Below the pieces are notes generated by a model. The model was not told the origin of the DNA, ran no database searches, and saw only the letters and a list, made by a program, of their open reading frames with translations. From positions 1 to 54,113 of the forward strand of contig CAKKQZ010000052.1 of NCBI GenBank assembly GCA_919902445.1: a stretch of 54,113 bases of DNA, read 5' to 3'. The position numbers and the translations under genes are program-made. Position 1 is the first letter of the stretch. Every line of letters starts with the position of its first letter. Positions 50,970-54,113 of the stretch are shown in pieces. Source of the stretch: Omnitrophica bacterium GWA2_41_15. GTDB taxonomy: Bacteria > Omnitrophota > Gorgyraeia > Gygaellales > Profunditerraquicolaceae.

Positions 50970-52514
50970 CTATTCTATCTTTTCTATTATCCCCACCACA
51001 TAACTATATATCCTCTTAGGATTATCTGGATTTTTCCGGGCGATTATATCAAAGGCCTTCTTTAACTTTATCTCCCCATATTTTTTTGTTTTTATGATTA
51101 TATCCTCAATTACTTCGGGATTATTCTCTTCAAAGACTATTTCCGCGTATTTTCTTGCTTTGACATATATCTCTTTGCCATATTTTTCTTCTATTTCTTT
51201 TAGCTTTAATTCCAGTTCTTTTGGATTATAAAACCTTAAGATTTTATACATCTTCGGCATTCTTTTTTCATAGGGCTTATCAGTTAATGAATCATATTTT
51301 ACCTCTATTAATTTATTCCTTCTTAATTCACCCATCCCTTTATTTACGATATCTTGGCCTACCCCGCCAAACTGCTTAGTTATTGTGGCTACACTTTTCG
51401 ACCAATATGGTTTTGTATCGCTTATACTGGAATAGGCAAGATTTATAAAATAACAAAACTTAGCCCTAAAGGATAAAATCCTATTCCAGCCAAAATTAAA
51501 ATAATCGTTAGGAATAGGGACTGTCCCCGCCAGAGCTTTTTCAGAATCTTTTAAGGGGACTGTCCCTAATAATTCAATCGCTGCTTCTTTCGCATAACGC
51601 GGCTCAAATTTTATTAGTTTATATTTTTGCTCTAATTTTCTAAGGACTTTTATAATCTGCTTTCTATAATCTGTGGTTGTCCAGCCTTCATAAATCCCAA
51701 GGTGTTTGGCGAGGTCGTCATAAGATAGCGTTAACAAAAAGGTGTCCCCTTTTTTCCACAGCAAGTACAAATAAATATCAAAAGCCCGCGCATCTTGCGC
51801 TTTTATCATCAAGGGCGCAAGCCTTGGATTTTCCATAAACTCCCAAGCTACAGGCGTAGAAGGGCCGATAAAATCAAGGTATTTCTCTATCTCGCTATCT
51901 ATCTTGATCGCCTTAAAATAACTTAAGATATCTTCCGCTAATCCTTTTGAATTAATCAAAACATTTGCTTCAATACTTTTATCAAATGAAGATTCGGTCC
52001 AATTTGTGCTGCCTAATATAACTATTTCTTTATCTATAATAATGGATTTGGCATGAGTATATTTTACTGGTTCATCATAATGTACCCTTATCCCGGCATC
52101 TCTAAGGCGCTTGTAAGCCCTTATGCTTCTAATTTTGGCTTCCTCCCGCAGAGGGCGGGACACCCGCCGATCCGATACGGCGGGGTGCATATGCACGAAA
52201 TCCACATTTTGATCCAAGATAACTTCCACATCCACCCCTCTTTTCTTAGCCTCAATAAGCCCATCAATAAGCTGGTTAACTTTTGAATTCTCTTTGTATG
52301 GAGATAGCTCAATTATAAACATCACCAGGCTTATTGACTTCTTTGCTTTTGATAGCGCCTCTTTTACGGCAGGAAAATATTTATCACCGCTAATATTTAC
52401 TACTTCGGCGCTATAACAATAAGCCCTTGCCGTTATTCCTAACACAGCAAGAGCTATTATAAAAATTATTAAATATCTTTTCATTCTAGAGCCATTTCCC
52501 ATATAAAAACCCAA
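50970..52514 (-). CDS. PLD/Nuc-like (single HKD) protein with N-terminal signal/anchor and long C-terminal extension
   Basis: 514 aa. HAKSIIIDKEIVILGSTNWT (HxK-x4-D-x6-GSxN). N-terminal MKRYLIIFIIALAVLGITA. C-terminal half of about 300 aa is unassigned. Start ambiguous (52514, 52502 or 52484). Confidence 0.7.
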   Translation of the reverse strand: MGFYMGNGSRMKRYLIIFIIALAVLGITARAYCYSAEVVNISGDKYFPAVKEALSKAKKSISLVMFIIELSPYKENSKVNQLIDGLIEAKKRGVDVEVILDQNVDFVHMHPAVSDRRVSRPLREEAKIRSIRAYKRLRDAGIRVHYDEPVKYTHAKSIIIDKEIVILGSTNWTESSFDKSIEANVLINSKGLAEDILSYFKAIKIDSEIEKYLDFIGPSTPVAWEFMENPRLAPLMIKAQDARAFDIYLYLLWKKGDTFLLTLSYDDLAKHLGIYEGWTTTDYRKQIIKVLRKLEQKYKLIKFEPRYAKEAAIELLGTVPLKDSEKALAGTVPIPNDYFNFGWNRILSFRAKFCYFINLAYSSISDTKPYWSKSVATITKQFGGVGQDIVNKGMGELRRNKLIEVKYDSLTDKPYEKRMPKMYKILRFYNPKELELKLKEIEEKYGKEIYVKARKYAEIVFEENNPEVIEDIIIKTKKYGEIKLKKAFDIIARKNPDNPKRIYSYVVGIIEKIE

Positions 52515-52535
52515 AACCTCCCCTAGTTTTATGGG

Positions 52536-53363
52536 TTATTTATAATGCAATTTTTTGACTTTTCTAGATTGCTCTAAGAAATTATCTCTTGAGACAATGG
52601 GCCTTCTTATTCTTTTTTCCAACTGTTTTCTGGCATTACCGGCAATATCTCCTCCTGCCTTGGCATCGGATTTAAGCTTCGGCACACCTCGCGAATCTTC
52701 AGTGCGGTGAATTTCGGTAGTTGCCCTTTCTCCAAGCATTGTAAAGATAAGCTCAAAATCATCCATATGGTCACGCAGGTTTTCACGTTTTAACCGTTTT
52801 ATCTTCTTATACTGGCTGGGCGTGACTCCAAAGGTAGCTTTTGAGATTTCTGCCGTTAAAATTTCGTAATCCTTTTTCTCTTCCACCCCGCGTTTCTGCC
52901 ATTCATCCGTAAGTTCTTCACGAATGGCAATACCTCGCATCCGCTTTTCAATCCAATTATCGGAATATCCTTTGAGTTTATAGAGCATCCTTGTCCGTTT
53001 GGTTGCCAGCTCCGGGTTCTCAATTTCCTGCACGCGCTCATAACCAACTTTAGCCAACCAACGTTTAAATGGCTCTGCTTTAGGCGATGGGATTGATTGG
53101 ATTATGCGAAATATCCCTTCTGTATTAGCGCAATCGGTCTCGTATTTTTTGCCGTCAGGCGCTTCTAATTTGAGTCCGTGACAAAATGTCACGACCTCGC
53201 TACCTTCCTCTCTTAATCTTTGTTTTAATTTACGCCAATAAGCGCCCGCATCAATACTATCCGTTAATGCCCCGCACACATCCACAACAGAAAACCACCA
53301 TTCATTCTTATGAATGGTTTTTCGTACCTTCTTACCTTTAAATACTGCTATCCTTGTATCCAT
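52536..53363 (-). CDS. Bro-N domain protein (phage antirepressor-like family)
   Basis: 275 aa. N-terminus FKGKKVRKTIHKNEWWFSVVDVCGALTDS and SIPSPKAEPFKRWLAKVGYERVQE resemble widespread Bro-N family proteins. Confidence 0.65.
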   Translation of the reverse strand: MDTRIAVFKGKKVRKTIHKNEWWFSVVDVCGALTDSIDAGAYWRKLKQRLREEGSEVVTFCHGLKLEAPDGKKYETDCANTEGIFRIIQSIPSPKAEPFKRWLAKVGYERVQEIENPELATKRTRMLYKLKGYSDNWIEKRMRGIAIREELTDEWQKRGVEEKKDYEILTAEISKATFGVTPSQYKKIKRLKRENLRDHMDDFELIFTMLGERATTEIHRTEDSRGVPKLKSDAKAGGDIAGNARKQLEKRIRRPIVSRDNFLEQSRKVKKLHYK

Positions 53364-53486
53364 GCTTTCCTCCTACCATAACAGACGCAGAAAAGGTCAA
53401 AATCTAACAGAAAATTTATCGCTCTTCTATTTCTATACTTATCTTTTCCACTCCGGCAGGCAGTTCTTTCACTACGATTTAGCTGT

Positions 53487-53514
53487 ATTTTACCACTAAA
53501 AATGCTCTTTTCAA
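53487..53514 (-). promoter_or_regulatory. sigma70-like promoter TTGAAA-N16-TGgTAAAAT
   Basis: Minus strand: TTGAAA (53514-53509), 16-nt spacer ending in TGG, TAAAAT (53492-53487). About 120 nt upstream of the Bro-N gene. Confidence 0.4.
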
Positions 53515-53613
53515 ACCAATTTCCGCCCCCTTGTGAACGCCCCCTTGCCGAGAGGAATAAATATCCGAATTTTTCGATACAGCTAATAATCGAACTTAAT
53601 AATCAGAAAATTA

Positions 53614-53690
53614 CAAAAAAATAAAAGGGGAGTTTGTTTAGGCAACCTTTTTAGGCTGATGAGCTCTCAAAAAGGCAGGACTCCCCTTTT
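53614..53690 (-). terminator. intrinsic terminator after ORF 53748-54080
   Basis: Sense strand: AAAGGGGAGU ... (inner stem CCUUUUU/AAAAAGG) ... ACUCCCCUUU followed by UAUUUUUUU. Confidence 0.55.
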
Positions 53691-53747
53691 ATAAAGGGAC
53701 TGTCCCCTCCGCCCCGCCGAAGGCGGGGCAAGGGGACTCTCCCTAGC

Positions 53748-54080
53748 TTAAGATACTGTTCCTGAAAATATCTGTTTTAATTCCTGAGCAGGCCTCCCGG
53801 ATTCAAGCACAACTAGAATATCTTTAAGCATTGCTTCTGTTGAATAACAACGCTCTTCTTCTAATCTTAGGATATCGGCAATACAGGAGACAACTTTCTG
53901 CATATCTGAATTGCCTTTAAGTAAAGATACCTGGACATATTCTTTTATCCTTTCTGCAGAAGGAATTATTCCAGAGCTTACCATCCGCGCTATTTGTTGC
54001 CACTCTTCATCAAGGTTAACTTGAAGTAGGGACTGTCCCCGCAGGGGACTGTCCCTAAGGCCTATGCTTAGATTACTCAT
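53748..54080 (-). CDS. hypothetical protein
   Basis: 110-aa ORF with no recognisable motif. The first about 25 codons are encoded by a GGGACTGTCCC palindrome pair, so the true start may be the internal Met (MVSSGII, about 53984). Confidence 0.4.
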   Translation of the reverse strand: MSNLSIGLRDSPLRGQSLLQVNLDEEWQQIARMVSSGIIPSAERIKEYVQVSLLKGNSDMQKVVSCIADILRLEEERCYSTEAMLKDILVVLESGRPAQELKQIFSGTVS

Positions 54081-54113
54081 CGCCTGGGTGACGATGGGAA
54101 GGGCGCGGAAGTC

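Overview
54.1-kb chromosomal segment from an AT-rich diderm bacterium (it encodes LpxA/C/D/I, Skp and BamA) with an anaerobe-type oxygen-detoxification gene set. It is probably an uncultivated lineage, but taxonomy cannot be fixed from this window. I call about 66 protein genes and 5 tRNAs, and every gene except one lipoprotein gene (6472-7032) is on the minus strand. Main blocks: two tRNA-Ser genes, serS, and an intein-containing rtcB with archease and tRNA-Lys; lpxI-lpxA-lpxC/fabZ-lpxD-skp-bamA; dnaB-rplI-rpsR-ssb-rpsF-pth-rplY-prs-glmU; tRNA-Gln, spoVG, ispE, split transketolase, hisG; uppP, nadA, mnmA, cspA; a complete biotin operon (bioB-F-H-C-D-A) with birA; nifS/larE-like/nfu; a 10-gene O2/ROS-detoxification operon led by a rubredoxin that the ORF track missed; and an accessory-looking right end (PLD/Nuc-like protein, Bro-N protein, one unknown ORF). 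The most unusual content is non-coding. Intergenic spacers are filled, from stop codon to Shine-Dalgarno, by a modular family of hairpin elements that keep their pairing by compensatory changes. These include ACTTAYG/CRTAAGT hairpins flanked by TTAAT, an almost invariant 45-nt module, NCGGGATCCCGN double hairpins, GGGACWGTCCC palindrome pairs and 77-bp palindromes. Some copies lie in frame inside coding sequences. Module insertions at the dnaB 3' end and at both ends of tRNA-Gln are bounded by long direct duplications (52 bp and 18 bp) that leave the genes intact. All functional readings of these repeats are inference. No database search or folding program was run.
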